From: Patescibacteria group bacterium
GTDB taxonomy: Bacteria > Patescibacteriota > Patescibacteriia > UBA1558 > S5-K13
Length of the DNA: 64,000 bases
Assembly (NCBI GenBank): GCA_028692545.1
Contig: JAQUXC010000001.1
Coordinates: forward strand, 92,658-156,657
Reading direction: 5' to 3'
Below are positions 32,008 through 41,611 of the stretch, one piece after another. Each line of letters starts with the position of its first letter. Within the stretch, counting starts at the first letter, position 1. A program made the translations under genes and the position numbers. The notes beneath the pieces are model-generated. The model was given only the letters and a program-made list of their open reading frames with translations, was not told where the DNA came from and did not search any database.

Positions 32008-32555
32008 AGAGTTTTATGTTTTTGATAGTCGTGATGTTGGCTCTATTCATGTTTGGGTGTGAAGACATCACGAGAGTCTCAATTCATGATGACAATCAAG
32101 ACGGAGTATATCACTGGGGCCCAGGAGATGTTGTGGGTAATGTTGCGATGGACTTTCATCCAGCAATAGAAAATACTCCGGCATACTCTGTGGTGCATAA
32201 TCTCTCTCCTGTTGCTATAGGGTATGACGTTAGAAAAAGGGATGATGCTTCATTTATCTGTTTCGCAGATTCCTACATTGGTGGTAATGATTACTCTATT
32301 CAACAGGGAAATCTTCCGCTTGACGAATGGCTCAAAGTTCGCCTCGTGGTTTATAAGAGCGGACTTTTGGGTGGAGTTGTTGTTGTTATTCAGGCTTTGG
32401 GTTTAGACTTTTTTGATTCGCTGAAGTCTTATATGATAGATTCTGTCTATGAGGCAGAGTTTATTCTTATCTCAGACGATGGATTGAAATGGTCTGACAT
32501 ATGGTCTGGCCTTCATTGGAAGAAAATTTTAAAGGAGGAATTTTTTAAGAAATAA
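32004..32555 (+). CDS. Putative lipoprotein
   Basis: MKSF + hydrophobic stretch + FGC lipobox-like motif; visibly more GC-rich than the flanks. Confidence 0.65.
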   Translation: MKSFMFLIVVMLALFMFGCEDITRVSIHDDNQDGVYHWGPGDVVGNVAMDFHPAIENTPAYSVVHNLSPVAIGYDVRKRDDASFICFADSYIGGNDYSIQQGNLPLDEWLKVRLVVYKSGLLGGVVVVIQALGLDFFDSLKSYMIDSVYEAEFILISDDGLKWSDIWSGLHWKKILKEEFFKK

Positions 32556-32574
32556 ATAATAGTACAATCTATAA

Positions 32575-32605
32575 AAAACGCGTCGAGCTTAACTCGACGC
32601 GTTTT
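32575..32605. terminator. Bidirectional terminator
   Basis: 13-bp stem AAAACGCGTCGAG/CTCGACGCGTTTT. Confidence 0.8.
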
Positions 32606-32630
32606 AATTTTGTATTGTTTTAAAATAAAT

Positions 32631-33182
32631 TTAATTGTATTTGTTCATAGCTTCTGTCATTTTATTTTCTAAACATAGTTTCAATGCTTCTATAGAATTA
32701 TCAATTGCGATATTTACTTTTTGTTTTTCATCATCAAAGAATTTTTGAAGGACAATATCTTCGCTAGGAATATTTTTTATTGTCTCATTTTTTATTCCAA
32801 CCCTAATTCTTGCAAATTCTGTTGACTTCAAATTTCCCGTTATTGATTTTATTCCATTATGCCCAGCAGAGGATTCAAATATTCCAATTTTTATTTTCCC
32901 CATTTCTATATCCAAGTCATCATTAATTATTACAATATCTTTTGTGTCAATTTTGTAATATTCTTTTAACAAACTTACTGCATCTCCACTTTCATTCATC
33001 CAAGTAGTTGGTTTGGCAATAATTATATCTCCAATTTTTGCAATTTGAGATTTTAATTTTTTGTTTTCTGTAAAAATAGTCTCAAGTTCAGTTGCAAATT
33101 TTTCTACAACAAGAAATCCACAATTGTGTTTTGTGTTTTCATATTGCTTACCTGGATTTCCAAGTCCTATTATTAGCTTCAT
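32631..33182 (-). CDS. pth: Peptidyl-tRNA hydrolase
   Basis: GLGNPG, TKHNCG, KPTTWMNESG, GHNGIKS. Confidence 0.95.
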   Translation of the reverse strand: MKLIIGLGNPGKQYENTKHNCGFLVVEKFATELETIFTENKKLKSQIAKIGDIIIAKPTTWMNESGDAVSLLKEYYKIDTKDIVIINDDLDIEMGKIKIGIFESSAGHNGIKSITGNLKSTEFARIRVGIKNETIKNIPSEDIVLQKFFDDEKQKVNIAIDNSIEALKLCLENKMTEAMNKYN

Positions 33183-33189
33183 ACTTATA

Positions 33190-34566
33190 TTATGTAATAT
33201 TTTTCAATTTTTTTACATAGACTACTACTTGAATACCTTTTAATCCATATTCTTCTCTTATCTTTTTCTCTATAAATCGTAAATATGATTCATGTAAACT
33301 AGATTTTGCTCCTATCATTATTTCAAATGTTAGAGGAGAAATTGCTACTTGTTTTATCTTGTATAATCTTGGTTTTATAGCTCCACGTCCTATTGTAGGT
33401 GGATGAATTTTTATTATTTTTTTTCTTAACCAGTCTAATTCGTCATCTGTAAATTTTCTTTTTGATTCATTATAAATTCTTATTGCTTCATCTAATATTT
33501 TTGTAGTTCTAATTTTTTCTTTTGCAGATACTGGCAATATTTGAGCCCATTGTAAGAATGGCATAGCTTGGTAATAATATTTTACATATTCATTGTATGT
33601 CTGTAGATTTTTTTCTTCTATTAAGTCCCATTTGTTTGCAATTATTATAAGTCCTTTTTTATTTTCTTTTACAAGTTCTGCAAATTTTAAATCTCCTACG
33701 CTTAAATTTTTTGATGAATCAGTCACTAGAAGTACTACATCTGTTTCTTTTATAGATCTTTCAGTTTGTTTTACTGATTTGAATTCTAATTCATTTTTTC
33801 TAATTTTACTTTTGTTTTTTCTAATACCAGCAGTATCTATAAGTAAAAATTTTGAATCTTTGTATGAAAAAGGAATAAATTGTGGATCTCGTGTTGTGTG
33901 TTCATCGCTTGATACTATAACTCTTTCTTCTTGTAATATGGAATTGATAATAGAGGATTTGCCAACATTTGTTTTTCCTATAAAAATAATTTTTATAATA
34001 TCTTCTTCTTTTTCTTTTTTTGTTGGTCTTTTAGCTTTTACATTCTTTACAACTATATCAAGAAGGTCTCCTACGCCAGAACCATTTATAGCAGAAATTT
34101 TTATTGGTTCTCCAAGTCCTAATTCATAAAATTCATCAGCTTGTTGTCTTTCTTTGTTATTTCCACATTTATTTGCAACAAGTAAATATTTTAATTTATT
34201 CTTTTTTAAATAATTTGCAAATTGTTTGTCTTGAGGCATAATCCCAGTTTTTGAATCAACAAGAAACAAAACTAATTGAGATTTTGATATTGCATCTTTT
34301 ACTTTTTGGATTATTTTTAAATCCATTTCATCTTGTATTTTATCTTCTTTTTCAAACATATTTTCTTCAATTCCACCAGTATCTATTGCTATGAATTTTT
34401 TTCCAAGCCATTCAGTCTCTTGATAATTTGCATCTCTTGTTGTACCAGGAACTCTGCTTGTAAGAGCTTTCTTTTTTACAAGTAAATTAAAAAGAGTGGA
34501 CTTGCCTACATTTGCACGTCCTATTATAGAAATCATAGGTAATTCTTTGTTTTTTGTAGATTCCAT
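33190..34566 (-). CDS. der: Ribosome biogenesis GTPase Der
   Basis: Two G domains (GRANVGKS/DTGG and GKTNVGKS/DTAG) plus KH-like C-terminus. Confidence 0.95.
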   Translation of the reverse strand: MESTKNKELPMISIIGRANVGKSTLFNLLVKKKALTSRVPGTTRDANYQETEWLGKKFIAIDTGGIEENMFEKEDKIQDEMDLKIIQKVKDAISKSQLVLFLVDSKTGIMPQDKQFANYLKKNKLKYLLVANKCGNNKERQQADEFYELGLGEPIKISAINGSGVGDLLDIVVKNVKAKRPTKKEKEEDIIKIIFIGKTNVGKSSIINSILQEERVIVSSDEHTTRDPQFIPFSYKDSKFLLIDTAGIRKNKSKIRKNELEFKSVKQTERSIKETDVVLLVTDSSKNLSVGDLKFAELVKENKKGLIIIANKWDLIEEKNLQTYNEYVKYYYQAMPFLQWAQILPVSAKEKIRTTKILDEAIRIYNESKRKFTDDELDWLRKKIIKIHPPTIGRGAIKPRLYKIKQVAISPLTFEIMIGAKSSLHESYLRFIEKKIREEYGLKGIQVVVYVKKLKNIT

Positions 34567-34585
34567 CTTTGATTATTTTAAAAAA

Positions 34586-36004
34586 TTATTTTGATATTTG
34601 ATCTTCGCCTAATAATATCAAAAAGTCAAGGTTTTCATCGTCTTTATAATCTTTTAGATAATCTGGCAGAGCGGTAGATCTTGCTCCGAGTATTGTAGAT
34701 TGAATAGTTTTTAAAGTTTCAGGTTTTTTGTTTTTACTCAAATCGTATATTACTGTTGTAGATATTTCTTGGTTTGGTGAATTATCTATTTTTGTTATTT
34801 CTAGTCCAGCTTTTTGTAATTTATTAGATATGGTTGATGCTAGTCCAATAGTTTTTGTACCATTTAATATATATATATTAGATTGTTCTTTTTCTAATTT
34901 TTTCCCATCTTCTTCATTAAATATATTTATAAAAAATGAAGTAATGAGATTGTAATCATTATTTTTTGGTATCAATATAAACGCACCGTCATAGGTAGAA
35001 GTGGCGTTTCTTAGAAGATTATCTGGTTCATCATTTAATACTTTTTTATAAATATTATCTTTATCCATAGATCTAAGTGTTTCTACAAATCTCATAGCTT
35101 CCCAGCTTTCTGCATCTGTTATTATATAATTTTGTAATATTTTAAAAAGTTTTATTACTTTTTGTGGATTAGATAATGTAGAAAAACTTAATACTTTATC
35201 CTTTAAAGCTTTTATTATTTTGAATTGTCTTTCTGATCTTGCAAAATCAGATCCTTCAAATCCACTACCACTAGTTACTGTTCCATGACGACTTCTTGCA
35301 TATTGGAGTGCTCGTTCTCCATTTAGGTGTTGTTCTCCTTTTTCAAATTTTACAGTTTGATATTTATGATTTTTTGTTGGATACATATAATCCACAAAAC
35401 TATTATCTACATATACATCAATACCACCTAGAGCATCTATAATTTCTTCAAATCCGAAAAAATCTATCGCTACAGCATAGTGTATTGGTATGCCTATGTT
35501 TTTACTTATCATTTCTTTTGCATAAGAGAGTCCCCCATGGTTTCCAGAATATTCCCCAATACTATATAGATTATTTATTTTTTTATATGTATTATTATTT
35601 GTTTTTACAACCAAATCTCTTGGGATAGAAACAAGTGCAGTTTCTTTTGTTTCATAATTATAACTAAGAAGAATAATTGTATCTGTAAGAAGTGGTCCAT
35701 CGTGCCCTTCTCCACCCATACCAAGTATTAAGACATTTGTTCTTCCTTCTTTTTCACCATTTAACCTTTTTGTTTCAGATGATATGAGATGTGATATTTG
35801 GTTTATAAGAGGATTTTTTTTAATAGTAGTAGCAAATTCTGTTTTGGAATATGCCGCTATATTTGAAAGTAAAAAAATACATAACAAAAAAACTATTAGA
35901 AACAAAAAAAGCATATTTTTAAATATCAACCAGAATTTGCTTTTTTTATGTTTTTTGTCTAATTCTTGAAGAGTTATGTTTCCATCATTTTTTAATAAAT
36001 CCAT
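34586..36004 (-). CDS. LCP (LytR-CpsA-Psr) family protein with LytR_C domain
   Basis: TDTII, SIPRD, ALQYARSR, SDFARSERQ, ILNGT. Confidence 0.92.
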   Translation of the reverse strand: MDLLKNDGNITLQELDKKHKKSKFWLIFKNMLFLFLIVFLLCIFLLSNIAAYSKTEFATTIKKNPLINQISHLISSETKRLNGEKEGRTNVLILGMGGEGHDGPLLTDTIILLSYNYETKETALVSIPRDLVVKTNNNTYKKINNLYSIGEYSGNHGGLSYAKEMISKNIGIPIHYAVAIDFFGFEEIIDALGGIDVYVDNSFVDYMYPTKNHKYQTVKFEKGEQHLNGERALQYARSRHGTVTSGSGFEGSDFARSERQFKIIKALKDKVLSFSTLSNPQKVIKLFKILQNYIITDAESWEAMRFVETLRSMDKDNIYKKVLNDEPDNLLRNATSTYDGAFILIPKNNDYNLITSFFINIFNEEDGKKLEKEQSNIYILNGTKTIGLASTISNKLQKAGLEITKIDNSPNQEISTTVIYDLSKNKKPETLKTIQSTILGARSTALPDYLKDYKDDENLDFLILLGEDQISK

Positions 36005-36129
36005 GATTATTTTACTCCTAATTAAAAATCTTTATTAAAATCATAATAATACAAAAAAACGTTTTTGTCCATCATATAGAGATTTTTTAATTTTTGAGTT
36101 ATAATGCAAATATAGATAATTTTAAATAT

Positions 36130-36288
36130 ATGGGTACACAAGAAGATTATTTTGGAAAAAAGGTTGATGAAATTATTGATATTTTAGTTGGTTTTGTTTT
36201 TGAAAAACTTCCAGGGATAATTATTATAGCTGTAATAATATTTTTACTTTGGAAAATTTTCCAGCCATCCATTAATATAACTTATTAA
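36130..36288 (+). CDS. Small single-TM hypothetical protein (start uncertain)
   Basis: MGTQEDY... followed by a hydrophobic stretch. Confidence 0.4.
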   Translation: MGTQEDYFGKKVDEIIDILVGFVFEKLPGIIIIAVIIFLLWKIFQPSINITY

Positions 36289-36330
36289 TTTTTTATGAAT
36301 TATATATCAAATAAATTTGAAGGAGGAAGT

Positions 36331-36855
36331 ATGGATTCTATAGATCTTATGCCAGATGATCAATTAGAAATAGATTTGTTAATTGATAAAGATGGCAAAT
36401 CAAAAGAAGCTAGTGTCTTTATTGAAAATATAGAAATATTCGATAAAGACAAAACAAAAGCAAAAGAAGATCAACAGGAAATTTTTGAACTTATTGAAAA
36501 ACATCAGGAATTTCCTACCGTAGATAGTATAAATGATGTAATTAATGATGATGTTTCTGAAATAAATCAGAAAAATGATAAAAAACCAAAAGAATATCTT
36601 TTTACATTTAGAAGAGATGACGGTCATGGTCATGTTGAAGAATGTACCGTTGTTGCTGTTAATAATAAGCAGGCAAAATGGAAGGCAAGAAATCTTCTCC
36701 AACCAAAGGACAATACTATAGGTATTTGGGATGATAGAGTCGTCGAATGTAAGCCTGTTCCAGTTAATTTAAGTCATTTAAAGCATGGTAAGAAAATAGA
36801 TCAGAATTTTCAAGACTACAAAAATTCATCCTATTATAAGGCATATCAAGAATAA
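36331..36855 (+). CDS. Hypothetical acidic protein (start after AAGGAGG)
   Basis: Strong SD upstream of ATG 36331; convergent terminator at 36856-36891. Confidence 0.65.
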   Translation: MDSIDLMPDDQLEIDLLIDKDGKSKEASVFIENIEIFDKDKTKAKEDQQEIFELIEKHQEFPTVDSINDVINDDVSEINQKNDKKPKEYLFTFRRDDGHGHVEECTVVAVNNKQAKWKARNLLQPKDNTIGIWDDRVVECKPVPVNLSHLKHGKKIDQNFQDYKNSSYYKAYQE

Positions 36856-36907
36856 AAAAGAGCAGATTGTATAAAACATTTTGCTCTTTTTGTTTTTATG
36901 TAAATTT

Positions 36908-38119
36908 TTATAATTTATTTTTATATTCTTCTATAATTTTTTGAAAATTTTCTTTATCTGTTTCTTCTATGGATCCAGTATTTGGAAAATCTTCTGTTTG
37001 TGGATTTATAAGAGATCCATTTTTTAACATTTCATAATGAATATGTGGGCCAGTAGAAAATCCAGTTGAACCAACGTATCCTATGGTTTGTCCCTGAGTT
37101 ACATGCTCTCCAGATTTGACGGCAAATTTTGATAAGTGTCCATAGTGTGTAGTGTAAGTGCTGTTATGCCTTATACTTACAAAATTTCCATAAGCACCGT
37201 TCCAAGATGCCATCATTATAGTGCCATCACCAACTGCTTTTATAGGTGTACCATATGGTGCAGCATAATCTATTGCACGATGTTTTGTAGAAACATTGAA
37301 AGCTTCTATATATCTTGATCCAGTTGTAAATGGAGATGAAATATATTTGTAAGATACAGGAGCCTTTAAAAATATTTTTTGTAAACTATTTCCATCTTTA
37401 TCATAGTGCCCCTCAATTTCACTAGAATTTTTGAAATAATATCCACTGTATTCTCTACCACTATTTATAAATTTTGCAGCTAATATTTTTCCAGGCATTA
37501 TATAATTGCCATTTAGATATCTTTCTTCATAAATAAATTTAAAATAATCTCCTTTTTGTATATTCATTGCAAAATCAATTGTCCATTGAAAGACATCGGC
37601 AAGTTCTATGATAGCAACTTCGTCCAAATTTAATTTTAGTCCTGTTTCATAAAGAGAAGATTCTATTGTGCCCTCAGATGTTTTTATTTTTACCTCATAA
37701 TTTATTGGTTTTTTTTCTGCATTCCAAGAACCATCTTTTTGAAGATATACGCGTAATTCTTCCTCAGTATCTATTTGATATATTAATTCTTTTAGTTCGT
37801 TTGTATTTTTATCATGCATTAATTTTATTTCTCTTCCAACTCTTATTTTTGAAAGATCATATAAATTTTTTGCTGCTTCAAAAATTATGGTTGATGTAGC
37901 ACTACAAATATTAGCTTGTGTCATGAGTTCTCCATAGGTACATTCTGGCTCTATTTTTATAGATGTTTCTATATATGGATTTTCTTTTACTTTTTGAGCT
38001 ATTTCTTTATTAATTTTATTTGATGAATTATTTTTTTGAAAATAAATAAATATAGAAGAAATTAATAATATAATAATTATTAATAATACATATTTTTTAT
38101 ATTTTGATATTTTGTTCAT
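36908..38119 (-). CDS. M23 family peptidoglycan endopeptidase (MepM/Csd3-like)
   Basis: HRAID, YGHLS, STGPHIHY. Confidence 0.93.
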   Translation of the reverse strand: MNKISKYKKYVLLIIIILLISSIFIYFQKNNSSNKINKEIAQKVKENPYIETSIKIEPECTYGELMTQANICSATSTIIFEAAKNLYDLSKIRVGREIKLMHDKNTNELKELIYQIDTEEELRVYLQKDGSWNAEKKPINYEVKIKTSEGTIESSLYETGLKLNLDEVAIIELADVFQWTIDFAMNIQKGDYFKFIYEERYLNGNYIMPGKILAAKFINSGREYSGYYFKNSSEIEGHYDKDGNSLQKIFLKAPVSYKYISSPFTTGSRYIEAFNVSTKHRAIDYAAPYGTPIKAVGDGTIMMASWNGAYGNFVSIRHNSTYTTHYGHLSKFAVKSGEHVTQGQTIGYVGSTGFSTGPHIHYEMLKNGSLINPQTEDFPNTGSIEETDKENFQKIIEEYKNKL

Positions 38120-38232
38120 TTTTTGAAATTTATTTGTAATAATATTCTATCATATAAATTTATATAATCTCAATTTTGACAAAATAAATATAATTTTGTT
38201 AGGATATAAATAATAAATTTGATGGAGGAAAA

Positions 38233-38499
38233 ATGAAAACTATAAGTATATTCACTCCTGATCTTGGATCTATGGATATAAGCAAAATGGAGCCTTGGCA
38301 ACTGGTAATTTTTTTGACTTGGTTTTTTGGTCTTGTTATTTATTGCATAGTAATATACTTAAAAAAAAAGACTCCTCCTAATAATAAAAATGGAAGAGTC
38401 CAAAACAATGGATCTCATGATTCATTGTTTGATGAAAATGAAACTAATAGTAAGTACAGTTTTCTTGAATTTCTCAAGAGAACAAAGCATATGTCCTAA
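38233..38499 (+). CDS. Small single-TM hypothetical protein
   Basis: GGAGGA SD; one TM. Confidence 0.6.
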   Translation: MKTISIFTPDLGSMDISKMEPWQLVIFLTWFFGLVIYCIVIYLKKKTPPNNKNGRVQNNGSHDSLFDENETNSKYSFLEFLKRTKHMS

Positions 38500-38502
38500 G
38501 GA

Positions 38503-38904
38503 GTGACAATGTTTGATAAGAAGATTATTATAGTTGATCTTGATTTATTAAATCGGAAACTATTTGGGCTCATACTTAAGGAGCTTGGAATACCAATAGT
38601 TTTTGCCGATTCTTATAACTCAGCTATCTGTGAAATTCAAGAAGATACACAAAAAGAAATTTGTTTAATGATGGTAAATCTTTCTCTTCCTATATGTAGT
38701 GGCAAAGAATTATCTGTATTTGTCCATGAAGAAAGGCCAGATATAAGAATAATTCTCTATGCTGCCCAACATATTTTAAATCTTACTAAAGAGATAGAAG
38801 AAATGTATCCAGATATAATACATGATTTTTTTTCAATTCCAGAGGAAAATGAGAATGTGTTAATCAGGATTGGTGTATTGTTGCCAGAAATTATGGGGGA
38901 TTAA
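38503..38904 (+). CDS. Atypical (pseudo-)receiver domain protein
   Basis: IIIVD, MVNLSLP..SG.EL, IRIILY; Asn at the phospho-Asp position. Confidence 0.65.
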   Translation: MTMFDKKIIIVDLDLLNRKLFGLILKELGIPIVFADSYNSAICEIQEDTQKEICLMMVNLSLPICSGKELSVFVHEERPDIRIILYAAQHILNLTKEIEEMYPDIIHDFFSIPEENENVLIRIGVLLPEIMGD

Positions 38905-39007
38905 TTTTTTTAAAAAAGAAGCCAGGTTCTATAGTATCCTGGCTTTTCATTATACAAAAAACTTTTCAATAGAGTTGAAAAGTTTTTAAATAGTTTATAA
39001 TAGGTTT

Positions 39008-39178
39008 TTATTTTTTTGCCAAAGTCTTTATGCATTTTGTACAAATTTTTATTTTTTCTCCATCAATTTTTTTTGATTGAAGATTTGCCCCTACTAATCT
39101 TCTTGTTCTAATGTTTGAATGACTTCTAAGAGATCCAGAAGTTGTTCCTTTTCCGCATTTTTCACAAACTCTTGACAT
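39008..39178 (-). CDS. rpmB: 50S ribosomal protein L28 (not in ORF track)
   Basis: Manual translation: MSRVCEKCGK...RSHSNIRTRR...NLQ...ICTKCIKT, 56 aa. Confidence 0.92.
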   Translation of the reverse strand: MSRVCEKCGKGTTSGSLRSHSNIRTRRLVGANLQSKKIDGEKIKICTKCIKTLAKK

Positions 39179-39267
39179 ATTATTTTGAATTTTATTGATT
39201 ATAATTTATAATACAGAGGATAGACAATTTTTCACATTTTGTCAACAATTATATATAAATTAATATT

Positions 39268-39906
39268 ATGATACTTGATTTATTATTTGAACAACCTATG
39301 GTTTTTGTAGCATGGCTTATAGCTATAGTTTTTAGTATTAGTATACATGAATTTGCTCATGCATATGCGGCAAATAGCCAAGGAGATCCAACAGCAAAAT
39401 TACTCGGGAGACTTACTTTGAATCCTTTGTCTCATATAGATCCAATGGGTTTTTTTGCATTACTTTTGGTAGGATTTGGTTGGGGAAAACCAGTTCCAGT
39501 AAATCCCATAAATTTTAGGAATAAAAAATGGGGAGATGTAATAGTGTCTTTTGCTGGGCCACTTTCAAACTTTGTCATGATTTTGACATTTGGTATTATT
39601 TTAAAATTGACATATCTGTATACGAATTTAGGACAAGATAATTTGATGATACAATTTTTATTTTTTATTGTAATGATAAATATTGTTTTGGGAATTTTTA
39701 ATCTTATTCCAATTCCACCGCTTGATGGTTCTCATATATTATTTAGTATTTTGCCATCTAACTTCAATGAATTTAAATATCAACTTGCAAAAAATGGACC
39801 GATGCTTCTTTTGGTATTAATTTTGGCAGATAATTTTTTAAATATAGGAATATTTTCTAGTCTATTTAATTATATATTTAATTTGGTTGGAAGATTGATA
39901 TTTTAG
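39268..39906 (+). CDS. Site-2 protease (M50 family)
   Basis: HEFAH, AGPLSN, FNLIPIPPLDG. Confidence 0.93.
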   Translation: MILDLLFEQPMVFVAWLIAIVFSISIHEFAHAYAANSQGDPTAKLLGRLTLNPLSHIDPMGFFALLLVGFGWGKPVPVNPINFRNKKWGDVIVSFAGPLSNFVMILTFGIILKLTYLYTNLGQDNLMIQFLFFIVMINIVLGIFNLIPIPPLDGSHILFSILPSNFNEFKYQLAKNGPMLLLVLILADNFLNIGIFSSLFNYIFNLVGRLIF

Positions 39907-39947
39907 ATAGTTCAAAATAATTTGTATTTTATAAATCACTTTTTAAC

Positions 39948-39976
39948 TTTACACCCTCAGAGGGGGGTAGTATAAT
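39948..39976 (+). promoter_or_regulatory. Promoter with a C-tract/G-tract spacer upstream of the surface-protein/DGR block
   Basis: TTTACA-CCCTCAGAGGGGGGTAG (17 bp)-TATAAT. Confidence 0.6.
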
Positions 39977-40036
39977 TAATATAATTATATATTTACATAT
40001 AAATATTAATAAAATTATTAATCTTTTTTAACGTCT

Positions 40037-41473
40037 ATGATCAAAACAAAACAATTAATCAAAATAAGTGTTCCATTTTTTATTCTAATTTTTAGCTTTT
40101 TTCTATATAATCCATCACATGCATCTATTACATATGGATCAATAGATAATACAAATAAATATGCATACAATGAAAATACTGGCTGGATAAATTTCAAAGA
40201 TGCAAATAGTGATATCTATATATCAGATACACAACTTATTGGTTATGCATATTTTGAGAATATGGGATGGATATCATTTAACTGTTCTAATACTAATACA
40301 TGTGATGACAATAATTACAAAGTATCAAATACAGAAAATGGAGTACTAGTTGGTTATGCATATAGTGAAAATGCAGGATGGATAAATTTTACTGGTGTAA
40401 CAATAAACACAAGTGGTGAATTTATTGGCTATGCATATGGAGAAAATATAGGATATATATCTATGAATTGTTCTAATACTAATACATGTGATGACAATAA
40501 TTACAAGGTATCAACAGATTGGATTCCAAAATCAGCAAGACCATCATCTGGTTCAACAGGTGGAGGATGGACTGGTTCTACAATAGTTACACCACCAACT
40601 ATACCAACATATTCTACAACTGTTACACCAGCAAATGGTGGAACACTTAATTATACATTTACTGATAATTCAAATATTAATATTGTAGTACCAGCTAATA
40701 CTGTAACATCTAATACCACTATTACTGTAAGCGAAGGGTCATTAAGTACTGATAATACACCAAATAGTAGTACTGGTGCATTTATGATTGGTAATAGTAT
40801 ATTTAATATATCAGCAATAGATATTAATAATAATTCTATTACATCATTTACTAATAATCTAACCATTACAATTACAATACCAAGTCTTCCAGATAATACA
40901 TCTAATCTAGGAGTATATTATTATGATACAACACTTGATAGCTGGATATTAGTAGAAAATGCCGTATTTGATATAACTTTAAACAAAGTAACATTCAATG
41001 TAAATCATCTAACCATATTTGCAATATTTAATATAGCAGGAGTACCATCTACTATTAATACAACAAATGATGAAAGTAGTATTCCACAATCATTCTGGAC
41101 TACAGGTAAGTGGATAAAAACAGAGGATAGATCTACAGTATATTTTGTAGATAGTAATAATGATAGACATGCATATCCAAATGAAAAGATATGGTATTCA
41201 TACTTTGATAATGATTTTTCATTTGTTTCTACAATAACAAAAGAAGAACTAGCTACTTATACACTAGGAAAGAATGTTCCATATAATACTGGTATACTAT
41301 TTAAAATACCAACAGTAGCTAAAGTATATCTAGTAGGAGTAAATGGACTTATACAATGGATAAAGACAGAAGAAAAAGCAATAGAACTATATGGAGCTAA
41401 TTGGAATAAGTTAGTTCATGATTTACCAGATGAATTCTTTGGGGATTATACGGAAACAACATCAATAGAATAA
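40037..41473 (+). CDS. Secreted/surface protein with GYAYxEN(x)GWI repeats and beta-rich domains
   Basis: Signal peptide ending SHA, four YAYxEN repeats, duplicated NCSNTNTCDDNNYKVS, Thr-rich linker. Confidence 0.8.
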   Translation: MIKTKQLIKISVPFFILIFSFFLYNPSHASITYGSIDNTNKYAYNENTGWINFKDANSDIYISDTQLIGYAYFENMGWISFNCSNTNTCDDNNYKVSNTENGVLVGYAYSENAGWINFTGVTINTSGEFIGYAYGENIGYISMNCSNTNTCDDNNYKVSTDWIPKSARPSSGSTGGGWTGSTIVTPPTIPTYSTTVTPANGGTLNYTFTDNSNINIVVPANTVTSNTTITVSEGSLSTDNTPNSSTGAFMIGNSIFNISAIDINNNSITSFTNNLTITITIPSLPDNTSNLGVYYYDTTLDSWILVENAVFDITLNKVTFNVNHLTIFAIFNIAGVPSTINTTNDESSIPQSFWTTGKWIKTEDRSTVYFVDSNNDRHAYPNEKIWYSYFDNDFSFVSTITKEELATYTLGKNVPYNTGILFKIPTVAKVYLVGVNGLIQWIKTEEKAIELYGANWNKLVHDLPDEFFGDYTETTSIE

Positions 41474-41611
41474 ATGTATAATTGAGTAATAGGGTAATAG
41501 TATAATTGATAATTTTAAATAAATAACTTAATAACTAGAGAGTTAGTAAGTTAGAGGGTTAGGAATTTATCTGACTCACTAACACTCTAACCTTCTAACC
41601 AACTAAAAAAT

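Noticed and set aside
40283-40506. 38-bp duplication as a second VR/TR pair
   Set aside because: Both copies are in-frame within one CDS, unrelated to the TR, with only synonymous flanking changes
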